Below are positions 1 through 10,703 of a stretch of 64,000 bases of DNA, piece by piece; positions within the stretch are counted from its first letter, which is position 1; each line of letters begins with the position of its first letter. The DNA lies in the NCBI GenBank assembly GCA_964596595.1, contig CAZQUI010000003.1, forward strand, positions 979 through 64,978. The letters run 5' to 3'. The stretch comes from an uncultured Candidatus Saccharibacteria bacterium (lineage in GTDB: Bacteria; Patescibacteriota; Minisyncoccia; Phycocordibacterales; PALSA-1337). The notes under the pieces are model-generated. The model saw only the letters and a program-made list of their open reading frames with translations, was not told the origin of the DNA and ran no database searches. A program made the position numbers and the translations under genes.

Positions 1-1585
1 AATGAGTTATCCAAACATAAGAATTTATACTGTCATTACCTGAACTAGAGGTAACCAAAAAACCGTGTGAACGTTTTGTGTTTTTTACTTCACAATTACT
101 AAATTTTATATATCGAGAAGTGCCAGTTACTTTGATAACTGGAGTTGTATTTGTAAAATTGACTCCATCAAATATTATTCCATCAAACGTTATATACTCT
201 CCCGAATTTAATCTGACGACTGAAATAAAATTATCAACCTCAGGACGAATAATCACTTGTTCTCCAGGATAAGCCTTGATTGTCGTTGAATTTGACCAAG
301 AAGTTCCCGAAGGAATAACCATTGAGAATTTGTCATTATAAACCCCCTCACGAATATACAACGTATTACCAGGTTTTAATAAGCCAACGGCTTTTGTAAA
401 TGTTAAACAGGGCAATATTTCGGTGCAAGGATTTGTATCTGAACCATTTTTACTTACATAAAATGTATTTGTATTACTTTGATTTATTGGGATAGATTGA
501 GTGGTAGCTGAAACTGAAGAACTTTGAGTGGAATTATTGTTTGCCGCATCATATGCTAAAACCGCATAAGTATACTGAGTAGAAGCGGACAATCCTGTAT
601 CAGAATAAGTAGTGTTTGTGGTGTCGATAATTTCACTGCCATTTCTATATAGTTTATAACCAACTACTCCTATATTATCGGTCGAAGCACTCCAAGAAAT
701 ATTTATTTGAGTTTGAGAAATTACAGAAGCCGATAGACTACTTGGAACCGAAGGCGACTCTGTGTCAGAGGTATTTTGAGTACCACTTGGTTCTGTATAA
801 TTATATATATCAGAAATATCTTGAGAATCTAGAGCTCTGTTATAAATTCGAACATCATCAATTGAACCATTAACGTTCCAACCAGCAGTTCCGCCAGCAA
901 TAAGGTTATTCGTGTTAGCCTTAAATGTTAAACCGGTCATATCTATTGTACCAACAGCTGATCCATCTATATAACCAGTCGCAATTTTTGTTTGATTATC
1001 ATAAACCAAAGTTGCTAAATACCATGTATCTAGAGGCACCGAATAACTTATTACTTTTTGTCCGGCTGTAGTTGTCCATAATGAAAATTGTCTTTCTAAA
1101 ATACCGACATTTAATCCTAGTTTACCAAATATTATTTTTGAGACATGAACATTTGCATTCTTTTTTGCCCAAACAGATATAGAAAAACTCGACATATTTT
1201 CTGCAGCAGTATCGGTGGAAGGGCCAATGTATTGAGAAAAATTACTACCAAAATTTACATAATCATCCGAACCATCAAATTGTAATGCTCCATTTCCTAC
1301 TTTACCGGTAATCCAAGTCGGACCGTTTGTAAGTACTCCAGAACTATTACCAGCAGAGTAATTTGCCGATGTTCCGGTTCCTTCATCAAATTTCCACCAA
1401 CCAATTAAGCCAGAGTTAGCACCAGAAATTGTGGCTGTTTGCGATATTTTTGGAACTGTGCGAACAATATTTTTAAATGTAGTATCAAATTTTATAGCAG
1501 ACCAAGTTATCGTAGAAATACTTATGATGAAAAAAAATATAATAAAAATTAATCCATTATTATTTTCAATATTTTTTTTATTCAT
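1..1585 (-). CDS. Secreted/surface protein: N-terminal TM, LamG-like jellyroll, fibronectin III, then right-handed beta-helix-like region (runs off window edge)
   Basis: Manual translation from ATG at 1585 (absent from ORF track): GLIGWWKFDEGTGT...GKVGNGALQFDGSDDYV (LamG); DTESPSVPSSLSASVISQTQINISWSASTDNIGVVGYKLYRNG (FN3); TFYVSKNGSDTNPC (beta-helix lead-in). Confidence 0.8.
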   Translation of the reverse strand, partial: MNKKNIENNNGLIFIIFFFIISISTITWSAIKFDTTFKNIVRTVPKISQTATISGANSGLIGWWKFDEGTGTSANYSAGNSSGVLTNGPTWITGKVGNGALQFDGSDDYVNFGSNFSQYIGPSTDTAAENMSSFSISVWAKKNANVHVSKIIFGKLGLNVGILERQFSLWTTTAGQKVISYSVPLDTWYLATLVYDNQTKIATGYIDGSAVGTIDMTGLTFKANTNNLIAGGTAGWNVNGSIDDVRIYNRALDSQDISDIYNYTEPSGTQNTSDTESPSVPSSLSASVISQTQINISWSASTDNIGVVGYKLYRNGSEIIDTTNTTYSDTGLSASTQYTYAVLAYDAANNNSTQSSSVSATTQSIPINQSNTNTFYVSKNGSDTNPCTEILPCLTFTKAVGLLKPGNTLYIREGVYNDKFSMVIPSGTSWSNSTTIKAYPGEQVIIRPEVDNFISVVRLNSGEYITFDGIIFDGVNFTNTTPVIKVTGTSRYIKFSNCEVKNTKRSHGFLVTSSSGNDSINSYVWITH

Positions 1586-1598
1586 TAATATATTTTAA

Positions 1599-3431
1599 TT
1601 AACTTAAAATAGCTTTTATTCTTCTAATTCCTTGAGCCACAGCTTCTTCTTTTTGAATTTTAAATCGCCACGTACCTTCTGGACCACTTAATTCAAAAGT
1701 ATTTTTTACATGAGGACCACCACAATATTCTTTGGAATAAGCTGTCTCTATTGTATCACCAATAAAGTAAATAGATATTTCTTCTCCATACTTTTCTCCA
1801 AAAAAGTGTCGAGCGCCGGTTTTTTCTGCCTTTCCTTTTGGTAAAGTAATCTGATTCATGGGAAGCTTTGCTTCAATTTTAGCATTAACGATCTCTTCCA
1901 CCTTTTTCTTTTGCTCATCCGTTAATTTTTGACCAGTAAAATCAAAACGTAAACGTTCGGCGGTAATATTTGAACCTTTTTGATTGCCTTCATTTTCGCC
2001 TAAAACATCATGTAACGCTTGATGTAATAAATGTGTAGCCGTGTGATAACGAATAACCATCGGATCCTGAGCATCTGCGAGACCGCCTTTAAATTTCTGT
2101 TCGGCTCCTACTCGAGAAAGATCTTGGTGCTTTTTAAATTCTTCGGTAAAAGTAGTTCGATTGATGCTAATACCCTTTTCTTTTAACAACTCTTCTGTTA
2201 ATTCCAGTGGAAATCCATACGATGCATACAGTTTAAAGGCATCTGCAGCTGTTACCGTCTGTAATTTGTTAAATTCTTTAAGTCCATTGGTTAAAGCTTC
2301 AGCAAATTTATTAGATTCTTCAAGGATAACTTTTTTAATGTGATCTTTTTTAGTATCTAATTCTGGATAGGTAACTTTATAAATATTTACCAAAGTATCT
2401 ACAAAATAATTTATTCTTTTTTCGTCGAGCTTCTTATCGGTCATACTGATCACGCTACGACGAATGAGACGACGCAGAATGTACCCTCGATCCGTATTAG
2501 AAGGAGTGACTCCATCAGCAATCAAGAAACTACTGGAACGGAGATGGTCAGCGATAATACGCTTTTTAGGAATTGTTTGTTCCGGATTTTTCATGAGATC
2601 CATAACTGGTTTCAACAGATCAGTCTCATAAATATTATCTACCAATTGTAAAACCATAGTGAGACGTTCGAGACCTGCACCCGTATCAACTGATGGTTTT
2701 GGTAATTTACCGATAATCTTGCCGTCTTTTTTCTCATATTGCATGAAGACATCATTCCAAATTTCTACAACTTCTCTCTTATTATCTGCTTCATCAAACT
2801 GTAATTGGGTCAACACTTTACCGCCATAGGTATTGGAAACATCATAGAACATTTCAGTATCCGGACCACACGGACCACTATCACCTGCTTCCCACCAATT
2901 ATTTTTTGCGGGCAAATAGAAAATACGTCCACTTTCTCCTTGTGAAGTATCTCCTCCAAAATCAATGTTATTTTTACGGAAAATTTCCTGCCAAATGCTT
3001 GCGGCTTCTTCATCACGCGGAGCATTTTCATCACCAGCAAAGACAGTGACGTAGAGTCTCTTAGGGTCGAGACCGAAGCCTTCTTCAGAAGAAGTCAGTA
3101 ATTCATAACTCCAGTTAATAGCCTCTTTTTTGAAATAATCACCTAAAGACCAGTTACCCAGCATCTCAAAAAAGGTAGCATGGGTATTATCTCCAATATC
3201 ATCAATGTCAACCGTTCGAAGACATTTTTGCACGTTCGCCAAACGTTTTCCTAAGGGATGCGGTTTCCCAAGTAAATAAGGAACTAATGGTTGCATGCCA
3301 GCAGTGTTAAAAAGTGTTGCGTTAGTGAGACCTTTTTCATCTGAAGTAACGAGTGAGGCAGAAGGCAAGATAGCATGGCCTCTTTTTTCAAAAAATTTAA
3401 GGAATCGAGTACGAATCTCAGCAGATGTCAT
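1599..3431 (-). CDS. alaS: Alanine--tRNA ligase (short form lacking C-Ala domain)
   Basis: LFNTAGMQPLVPY, FFEMLGNWSLGDYFK, DTGAGLERL; editing motifs HTATH and CGGPH. Confidence 0.97.
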   Translation of the reverse strand: MTSAEIRTRFLKFFEKRGHAILPSASLVTSDEKGLTNATLFNTAGMQPLVPYLLGKPHPLGKRLANVQKCLRTVDIDDIGDNTHATFFEMLGNWSLGDYFKKEAINWSYELLTSSEEGFGLDPKRLYVTVFAGDENAPRDEEAASIWQEIFRKNNIDFGGDTSQGESGRIFYLPAKNNWWEAGDSGPCGPDTEMFYDVSNTYGGKVLTQLQFDEADNKREVVEIWNDVFMQYEKKDGKIIGKLPKPSVDTGAGLERLTMVLQLVDNIYETDLLKPVMDLMKNPEQTIPKKRIIADHLRSSSFLIADGVTPSNTDRGYILRRLIRRSVISMTDKKLDEKRINYFVDTLVNIYKVTYPELDTKKDHIKKVILEESNKFAEALTNGLKEFNKLQTVTAADAFKLYASYGFPLELTEELLKEKGISINRTTFTEEFKKHQDLSRVGAEQKFKGGLADAQDPMVIRYHTATHLLHQALHDVLGENEGNQKGSNITAERLRFDFTGQKLTDEQKKKVEEIVNAKIEAKLPMNQITLPKGKAEKTGARHFFGEKYGEEISIYFIGDTIETAYSKEYCGGPHVKNTFELSGPEGTWRFKIQKEEAVAQGIRRIKAILS

Positions 3432-3475
3432 ACGGCAAACTTTATCATAGCTCAGGCCTATTTCGCTAGTCGTCT

Positions 3476-5284
3476 TTATTTTGTTAGTTTTTCCAATTTA
3501 AGTATATTTTCCTCTATTTCTTTCAGGCCTTCTTCCCAAAAGCCAGCATGGGAAACATCAATACCGATACTTTTCAATATATTTTCTGGAGAATCCTTGC
3601 CACCTGATGACAAGAAAACTTCTACTGAAGACCAGAAAGAAGGATCCTGCTTATAACGACGCAAGAATGCTTTGGTAACCAATTGTCCAAAAGCATAGGA
3701 ATAGACATAAAAGAAACGGCGAATATGGCTCCACGTTACAAAGAAATATCCATCATCTTCTTCTATTTTGAAAACAGGGCCCAAGTAAGCTTTCATATTT
3801 TTATTATGAATCTGTGCAATAACTTCTTTGGCAAGATGACCTTTACTGCGAATCTCCTGATGTAAATTATTTTCAAAATTAAAACATGCTACTTGGCGAA
3901 ATATCGTTGAGATATCATCATTAATCTTATCGTGCAAAAGAATAATTTTTTCTTTATCAGAAAGAGAATCAAAGATCTTTTCCATAAGGATCGATTCGAA
4001 TAAGGTACTCGCTGTTTCAGCAAGTGACATTGAATAATTGGAATATATCGGCCCTTGATGACGAGAAAATTCACTGTGATATGCATGACCCATTTCATGA
4101 GCAAATGTAGAAAGAGAATTCAGATCATTGTTATGGTTTAATAAAACAAATGTCGGATTCAGAAATGAAGAAGAACAATAAGCCCCAGCTGTTTTTCCAA
4201 TACGAGGTGCGACATCTATTTGTCTCTTTTTTACATAACTATCCAATATGCTTTCGAATTTAGGATTAAGTTTTCCGAATGTTTCTTTGAGCAATGTTAA
4301 TGATTGCTCAAAATTACTTTTAATTTTCACTTCTCCAATAGAAACTCCTCGATCACAATAATTAAGAGTTTTTTGTTTTAATAATTTAGCTTTAAGTCTA
4401 TAAAAACGATGAGCAATAGCAACATGCTTATTCACGGTCTCAATGAGAGTATCGACGGTTTGGGGATTATTATCATTTTGTAAAACCGTATAGGCATACG
4501 GAGTCGCATATCCCCGTAGTTCATCATTAATCTTTTTATTGGTAAATATCGCGTTTATTTCCCATTCAGCAAAAGCGGCTTGTTCTTTAAGTACTTTATT
4601 GACCAGAAGGGATAATTTTTTACGATCAGCAGCTTGTGGTGTATTCAACATAAGTTGTGTTGCCTGTGAGAGGGGCATTTGTTTCCCTTTCCAGACAATA
4701 CTTCTGACATTCATGAGCGCTTCATTTGCTGATGACCACATTTCATGGGAAGGAAGAGTTTTTAAATTGAGAATTCGCTCTTCGGGAACCGAAAGGTCGT
4801 GACGGGCACTCTGAAAAACTCGACGGAGAAAAACATGAAAGTGAGCAAGCATAGAATCTTGGAGGAATTTTTCTCTCATTTCAGGGCCAATCTTTCCTAA
4901 AGAATTTTCAAAAAATACTACTTTATTCTGCGCTTTAGCTAATCGATTTTCAATAAGGGCAATACGAGCTGCCGCTTCTTTATTGGTAGATTCGATATCA
5001 CGGAGATAATAGAAATATATATGCGCTTTAAGCGTAAATTCTCCAATTAATTTTTCATATTCAATAAGCGCCTGAAGCAAAGTTGTAGGTTCTTGTAAAA
5101 ATTTTTTCTCAGGAACATCGTAGGTCATCGCGAAAGAATCAACATTTCTTTCAAAAGCACGAATATCGGTCTCCATACGAGGATCGTGCGGAGAGTTGTA
5201 TAACAATTTTAAGTTCCATTGGGGAGATAAGATTTTTGAACCTCGAGATTTTCTATTTTTAGATAATGATTTCTTCTTTTTCAT
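3476..5284 (-). CDS. pepF: M3 family oligoendopeptidase F
   Basis: HEMGH zinc motif, AETAS, W-x-HI-x-x-x-FYVYSYA; start trimmed to MKKKKS. Confidence 0.9.
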   Translation of the reverse strand: MKKKKSLSKNRKSRGSKILSPQWNLKLLYNSPHDPRMETDIRAFERNVDSFAMTYDVPEKKFLQEPTTLLQALIEYEKLIGEFTLKAHIYFYYLRDIESTNKEAAARIALIENRLAKAQNKVVFFENSLGKIGPEMREKFLQDSMLAHFHVFLRRVFQSARHDLSVPEERILNLKTLPSHEMWSSANEALMNVRSIVWKGKQMPLSQATQLMLNTPQAADRKKLSLLVNKVLKEQAAFAEWEINAIFTNKKINDELRGYATPYAYTVLQNDNNPQTVDTLIETVNKHVAIAHRFYRLKAKLLKQKTLNYCDRGVSIGEVKIKSNFEQSLTLLKETFGKLNPKFESILDSYVKKRQIDVAPRIGKTAGAYCSSSFLNPTFVLLNHNNDLNSLSTFAHEMGHAYHSEFSRHQGPIYSNYSMSLAETASTLFESILMEKIFDSLSDKEKIILLHDKINDDISTIFRQVACFNFENNLHQEIRSKGHLAKEVIAQIHNKNMKAYLGPVFKIEEDDGYFFVTWSHIRRFFYVYSYAFGQLVTKAFLRRYKQDPSFWSSVEVFLSSGGKDSPENILKSIGIDVSHAGFWEEGLKEIEENILKLEKLTK

Positions 5285-5288
5285 ATAT

Positions 5289-5885
5289 TTATACAACATA
5301 GTTTTTTAATATTTGTATGTCTTTCTTGAGATTATCGAGGTTATGCGGATTATATACTGCCACACAGGGATGATATAAGGCAACAATATCTATTTCTCCG
5401 TACGAAGCCTGAGCTTGGTAAGCTTTACCATGTGCTTTACCAATTGGTTCAATTTGCTCTTTCAAATTAAACCGCTCCATAATATACCCCATAGCGTATC
5501 TCCCAAGAGTGACAATTACCTGGGGCTGAATAATATCAATCTGTCTATCCAAAAAAGGTCCGTAGACTTTTATTTCACTTGGTAATGGATCTCTATTTTG
5601 TGGTGGACGATCTTTTACGATATTCGTGATGTATACCGACTTTCTTTCAATACCAACATGCACCAACAAGGTATCTAAAACTTTTCCAGCAGCTCCACAA
5701 AAAGGTTTTCCTGTTTTAGCTTCATTCTTACCTGGTGCTTCCCCAATAAGCATAATATGTGCATCGTGACTGCCCTCTCCAATTACCGGAAAATATTTAT
5801 TTTTAATTCGATACTCATATATAGGAGAGACGGTAAGTTCCAATACCTCATCTCTAATCTTTCTGAGCGCATCAGTTTTACTCAT
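5289..5885 (-). CDS. Uracil-DNA glycosylase family 4
   Basis: IGEAPGKNE, GKPFCGAAG, YITNIVKDRPPQNRDP, LYHP. Confidence 0.92.
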   Translation of the reverse strand: MSKTDALRKIRDEVLELTVSPIYEYRIKNKYFPVIGEGSHDAHIMLIGEAPGKNEAKTGKPFCGAAGKVLDTLLVHVGIERKSVYITNIVKDRPPQNRDPLPSEIKVYGPFLDRQIDIIQPQVIVTLGRYAMGYIMERFNLKEQIEPIGKAHGKAYQAQASYGEIDIVALYHPCVAVYNPHNLDNLKKDIQILKNYVV

Positions 5886-5916
5886 AACAGAAAATCAGTT
5901 AGTCCTTTGAATAATA

Positions 5917-6762
5917 TTATTTTACGGTTTCAATAATAGTTTGAGCTTCAGTTAAAATCGTGTGTGCTAATTCTCCTTTTATACCTATTACCTCGAGTAT
6001 TTCAGGCTTTTTAACAAGATCAACGCACGCCAATATTCCTTGCAAGATCAAATCTTTCCGTGCCATGGATGAGAGACTCGGAATCGTGGTAATCGGATGT
6101 AAACCATTTTGCTCAATAATCTCATGCAAGTTATTTTTGTCGGGATAGTTCCATCCTACCATTTTGAGATTATTACATTCTCCATAATGGATTGCTTGCT
6201 GACTAAACTTGGTATTGGTAATAAGCCATCGTTCAGAAAGTTTTCTTTTCTTATTTCCATAATCAAAATCATTTACTGCAATATCATCAAATCGAGCTTT
6301 GACATAGAGTGCCACTTTGACATCAGACTTCATACCTAAGGTGTTATGAAATTTTGCCTCTACCATAGCGAGCTCATTATCTTTCCAGGCAACCACATCG
6401 ACTTCATGAGAAACACAATGACCCATTACGGTTTGATCGGTCACCGTATCATACCCCCACATCTGAAACACTCGAGCTACAAATTTTTCAAAAGGAAAAC
6501 CATCGGGACCCAATTCGAACAATGCTCTACGAATAGAATATTTTATAGCAACCGGAGAAGAGTGTTTTTTGAGTAGTTCAAAGGCTCGCTTATAGATCTC
6601 TTGTGTAGTCACACCTTCGCGCATGTCTTTTTCTACTGTTTCCACAATCTCATCAATCATTTCCACCGAAGTACCAACGCGATGTAAAGATTGACGAAGT
6701 TTTTCTTCTTCAAAAAGCTCTCTGGTACCGTCTGATTTTGTTATTTGTATTACGTGATTCAT
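5917..6762 (-). CDS. ATP-cone domain fused to Mrr-like PD-(D/E)xK restriction endonuclease domain
   Basis: N-term ITKSDGTRELFEEEKL (ATP cone); GFPFEKFV...HEVDVVA...VEAKFH nuclease motif; start trimmed to MNHVIQ. Confidence 0.85.
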   Translation of the reverse strand: MNHVIQITKSDGTRELFEEEKLRQSLHRVGTSVEMIDEIVETVEKDMREGVTTQEIYKRAFELLKKHSSPVAIKYSIRRALFELGPDGFPFEKFVARVFQMWGYDTVTDQTVMGHCVSHEVDVVAWKDNELAMVEAKFHNTLGMKSDVKVALYVKARFDDIAVNDFDYGNKKRKLSERWLITNTKFSQQAIHYGECNNLKMVGWNYPDKNNLHEIIEQNGLHPITTIPSLSSMARKDLILQGILACVDLVKKPEILEVIGIKGELAHTILTEAQTIIETVK

Positions 6763-6794
6763 ATATATTTGTAGAATCAGTATACAATAAAAAA

Positions 6795-7928
6795 TTATGG
6801 TTCGATATAATGAGAAGTGATTATTCCCCCTCCAACACATTTTTCTCCATCATATATTACCAATGATTGACCCGGCGTTATGGTTTCTTGTTTGGTCTCA
6901 AATATAACCATCGCTTCGGTTTCATTAATTTTTTCTATATAGATAGGTACTAATTCTTGTCGATATCTCCCTCGAGCCTGGAGTCGTTCACCTTTTTGCG
7001 GAGGAAAATTAACCCAACTACATTTTGACAAATGAACAGGAATATTTTGTGTTTGATTTCTTTTATCAATATCAGCATTATGATCAGATACGATAAGCGT
7101 ATTTTGTTTTATATCTTTAGCGATAACATAGTACGGACAATCAAAGGGAGTCTTTTTGGTAATCTGAAATCCATGTCTTTCACCAATGGTAAATAAAAGT
7201 GCTCCGGGATGAGTACCTATTTTTTCACCTTTTTCATTTAGAACATCACCTGGTTTTGTCTCTATATAGTGAGTTAAGAATTTTTTTACATCTACTTTGC
7301 CAATAAAACAAAGTCCCTGGCTATCTTTTCTGTAAGCATTTGGTAATTTAAATTTTTCTGCCAGTTTTCTAACTTTTGGTTTTGTTATACCACCAACTGG
7401 AAATAAAACATGTTCAAGATCAGTCTTTTTTAATGTCCATAAAAAATAACTCTGATCTTTGTTTTTATCCTTCGCCATATGAAGTTCAAAGTTTTTGTTT
7501 TGACAATAATGACCAGTTGCCACATAGTTAGCGCCATTATTTTTTGCCCAATTCCAGAAAGCTCCAAATTTTACCTCACGATTACACATCACATCAGGAT
7601 TTGGTGTTCTACCAGCAGAATATTCGGCAATCATATAGTCAATTACACCTTCTTTATATTCTTTTTCTAAATCAAGAGTAATAAATGGTATACCTAAATG
7701 TGCTGATACCCGCATTGCTTCACGTCGATCTTCTTTCCAAGAGCACTCTATCCAATCAGGTTGCCAAACTTTTATAAATACCCCAGTTACATCATATCCA
7801 GCTTTTTTTAGCAAAGCAGCCGAAACAGCACTATCGACGCCTCCAGATATACCAACAAAAATTTTTATTTTCTTTTTATCTAAACCAAGAGGCTTAGTAA
7901 GATATTGACTTATCATGATTTTTATCAT
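6795..7928 (-). CDS. mnmA: tRNA 2-thiouridine(34) synthase
   Basis: SGGVDS, GRTPNPDVMCN, ATGHY, KDQSYFL, DSQGLCF, TPGQSLV. Confidence 0.97.
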   Translation of the reverse strand: MIKIMISQYLTKPLGLDKKKIKIFVGISGGVDSAVSAALLKKAGYDVTGVFIKVWQPDWIECSWKEDRREAMRVSAHLGIPFITLDLEKEYKEGVIDYMIAEYSAGRTPNPDVMCNREVKFGAFWNWAKNNGANYVATGHYCQNKNFELHMAKDKNKDQSYFLWTLKKTDLEHVLFPVGGITKPKVRKLAEKFKLPNAYRKDSQGLCFIGKVDVKKFLTHYIETKPGDVLNEKGEKIGTHPGALLFTIGERHGFQITKKTPFDCPYYVIAKDIKQNTLIVSDHNADIDKRNQTQNIPVHLSKCSWVNFPPQKGERLQARGRYRQELVPIYIEKINETEAMVIFETKQETITPGQSLVIYDGEKCVGGGIITSHYIEP

Positions 7929-7999
7929 AATATAATATTAGATTTTGTGCAAACAAATTACCTGCCAACAGGTATCTTTGCGCTAAAAATAGATGAATT

Positions 8000-8419
8000 A
8001 TGTCAAAAATACTAATAGAAGTTCTGATAGAAATTCTCATTGTTGTTATTCTCGGGGGAAGTATGTACTATATTTTTTTTCTTACACCAGATCGAAGGTA
8101 TGAACAAAAATTAAAACTGGGAAGAAAATTTCAAATCCAAGAACTCTGTCCTGGAAAATATGAATACTTGGATGTTTGGATAATGTGTGGTAAGGAAATA
8201 GTTGTTGCGCGCCTTGTGCAACCAAGCATTCCCTTTAATGGTCCACTAGACGGTAATCAAAAACATAAAATAAATCATGTAAATGAGTGGATTATCATCA
8301 CATGGAAAAGCAATAAAGTTTTATTTTCTAAAAAAACTGGATGTTTTACAGGTAACTTTGAAATCTCTACGAATCCCAAAAAACCACCGGGTCAGAATAG
8401 AGAGATAACTTGGAGATAA
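8000..8419 (+). CDS. Hypothetical protein with N-terminal membrane anchor
   Basis: 139-aa ORF with hydrophobic N-terminus, followed by a terminator. Confidence 0.6.
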   Translation: MSKILIEVLIEILIVVILGGSMYYIFFLTPDRRYEQKLKLGRKFQIQELCPGKYEYLDVWIMCGKEIVVARLVQPSIPFNGPLDGNQKHKINHVNEWIIITWKSNKVLFSKKTGCFTGNFEISTNPKKPPGQNREITWR

Positions 8420-8423
8420 CCAC

Positions 8424-8445
8424 GAGCCTTCGGGCTCTTTTTTTT
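8424..8445 (+). terminator. Intrinsic terminator
   Basis: gagcc-ttcg-ggctc followed by T tract. Confidence 0.75.
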
Positions 8446-9427
8446 ATCTCAAATATTTATCTTTATTTGCTACATGATCATCATGATCAATAGCATAATG
8501 AGTCTGACCTTCTTTGTCTGAAAGATAAAACCAGTATATAGATTCCTTTGGTTCAATTGCAGCAAGTATAGAATCTAAGCTCGGGTTACTAATTGGAGCA
8601 ATAGGTAAACCTTTATTTTTATATGTATTATATGGAGAAGATGAAGCTAAGTCTTCTTTAGAAATTTGGCTCGAACCTTTACCGTAAAGATAATAAAATG
8701 GCGCATCTACTTGAAGAGGCATACCAGCTTTTATTCTTTTCCAAAGAATTCCAGAAATAATACTACGATCTTCAGAATTATTTTCTTCCTCTTCTAAAAT
8801 TGAAGCCATGATAATAATATCTTTTAGATTTTTGCCCGAACGATGAATTTTTTCTTGGATTGCAGATATTTTTTCATCAAAAATTTTTGTCATTGCTTCC
8901 ACAACCTCATCTGGAGTTGTACTTTGATCAAAAAAATAAGTTTCTGGAAAAAGATAACCTTCGCTATTTTTCGCTAAACTTACAAAAGTTTCCTTATCAA
9001 AATCTTTTATTTTTTTAGCTAAAATCTCAGCAATTTCTATCGAGTTTGACCCTTCGGGTATAGTGATACTTATTTTTTCTAAACCTTCTTTTCCGAAGGC
9101 TGTTCGATAAGCAACCGTCAAAGCTGTTTGCGGAGAATCAAAAAGATATTTACCAGCCTGAATACCTTTGCCATCATGAAGTAAAACTACAAATAATTTA
9201 TACAAAAATGGAGAGCGAATCATGTTGGCACTGGCAAGATTTTGAGCCGTTTCTCCTACTGTAGAATTTTTATTTATCAAAAATATCTTACCTCGCGGAA
9301 AATTCATTGGAGCTGAAATTTGAAACAAAATAATCACTAAAAAAATAAAAGCAATAAATACCATGATTCCAAGATAGAACCAATTTTTCTTTATAAATCT
9401 CTTTATCTTAAAAAATATGAATTTCAT
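8444..9427 (-). CDS. mltG: Endolytic transglycosylase MltG (YceG family)
   Basis: ITIPEG, EGYLFPETY, ASILEEE, GMPLQVDA, SPYNTYKNKGLP..PISNP. Confidence 0.93.
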   Translation of the reverse strand: MKFIFFKIKRFIKKNWFYLGIMVFIAFIFLVIILFQISAPMNFPRGKIFLINKNSTVGETAQNLASANMIRSPFLYKLFVVLLHDGKGIQAGKYLFDSPQTALTVAYRTAFGKEGLEKISITIPEGSNSIEIAEILAKKIKDFDKETFVSLAKNSEGYLFPETYFFDQSTTPDEVVEAMTKIFDEKISAIQEKIHRSGKNLKDIIIMASILEEEENNSEDRSIISGILWKRIKAGMPLQVDAPFYYLYGKGSSQISKEDLASSSPYNTYKNKGLPIAPISNPSLDSILAAIEPKESIYWFYLSDKEGQTHYAIDHDDHVANKDKYLR

Positions 9428-9428
9428 C

Positions 9429-10703
9429 CTAAAGTGGCAAATTAACTGGTGCCTCAGCTTTTTTAGATGAAACACGTTCTAATCCTGGTGTAGCAGCCAC
9501 AGATCCTGGTAGATGATATAAAGTAGCCAATTCTTCAGCGTTAAGTATCATTGGTTTACTTTTGTAAGGTTCATAAAAATACCCTCGACGTTTATAAGCT
9601 TTCAAAAATTGAATTGAAGCAAAATTTTTACGTTTACCTTTGTAATCTTCCCAAGGGTAACCCTTAAAACCTGACGGCCCAGCACTTCCCGGTTTAAAAC
9701 CATTTAGATTCTCCGTTGAAAATTGTTTAAAACTAGCAATAACACCACCAACTCCAAATGGTGTATTAAAAACATCTTTTTTTGCTAAATACATTGTTCT
9801 AATACCCACATCAAATGCCACTTTACTTAAGCTTCGTTCTATTGCCGCTATAGTATCTTGTTCTCCTTTTGAAAGAGTTGGTTGAATAGTTATTCCAGAT
9901 TTTTCATCTTTTTTTCCCGCAACTTTAGTTTTAGGATCACGTTTCATCATTTCGTTAACTATTTTCTCTGCGCTATCTTTCCAAACATCAGTTTTTTTCC
10001 ATAGATGACCTGGTTTAATTTGATCTTTTTTGTGAGCTCGAACAATAAACTGGAACCAGACTTGTTGATTTGGACCAACACTTCCTAAAAATTCTAATAC
10101 CGGAACTAAAGGATCGACTTTGTATTCTTCTTTTGGATCTCTGTCTAAACCATAATCTACATAAGTTTTAATTGGATAAGCATCATTTTTTACTAATTCA
10201 AATTCTGTTCCCCACATTTTCATTGTTTCAGGATCAAAGTGAACTGATTTTGCATAATCTTCTTTATCGATAATTTCTATGCCAGGAAATTGAGAATATA
10301 AAGCGGACATTACTCCTCCTTTGCGGCGATCTTCACACCAAATAAAAAATTTAACTTGCCCTTCAATTGAAATTAATTCCAGAGAATAATATGGTCGATA
10401 TTCTCCCTTCCAAAATTGAGTATAGAGACTACCATCTGCTGTATTGTGAATTGCATGAAGAAAAGTCTCCATGGCAAGAGGAGATTTGAAAGTATCTTTT
10501 GGAAGACGTAGTTCCAAAGTGGCATATTTTAGAGAAAGATAAAATTTTGATCTAACATAGCGAACCCATAGTCCAGCCAAAATACTGGCCAAAATAAGAG
10601 TCAGTATGACCGGTGATACATAGATCACAAATTGAATAACTTGAGGTAATAGATCCGTTTGAAATTCTTTTATTAGAGTAGCGATAGACTGTTCAATAGT
10701 CAT
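9429..10703 (-). CDS. Conserved CPR-type hypothetical membrane protein
   Basis: 424-aa ORF, N-terminal TM, LELRLPK..KSPLAME, SLELISIEGQVKF, C-terminal EELATLYHLP...AEAPVNLP pattern recalled from Parcubacteria proteins. Confidence 0.75.
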   Translation of the reverse strand: MTIEQSIATLIKEFQTDLLPQVIQFVIYVSPVILTLILASILAGLWVRYVRSKFYLSLKYATLELRLPKDTFKSPLAMETFLHAIHNTADGSLYTQFWKGEYRPYYSLELISIEGQVKFFIWCEDRRKGGVMSALYSQFPGIEIIDKEDYAKSVHFDPETMKMWGTEFELVKNDAYPIKTYVDYGLDRDPKEEYKVDPLVPVLEFLGSVGPNQQVWFQFIVRAHKKDQIKPGHLWKKTDVWKDSAEKIVNEMMKRDPKTKVAGKKDEKSGITIQPTLSKGEQDTIAAIERSLSKVAFDVGIRTMYLAKKDVFNTPFGVGGVIASFKQFSTENLNGFKPGSAGPSGFKGYPWEDYKGKRKNFASIQFLKAYKRRGYFYEPYKSKPMILNAEELATLYHLPGSVAATPGLERVSSKKAEAPVNLPL

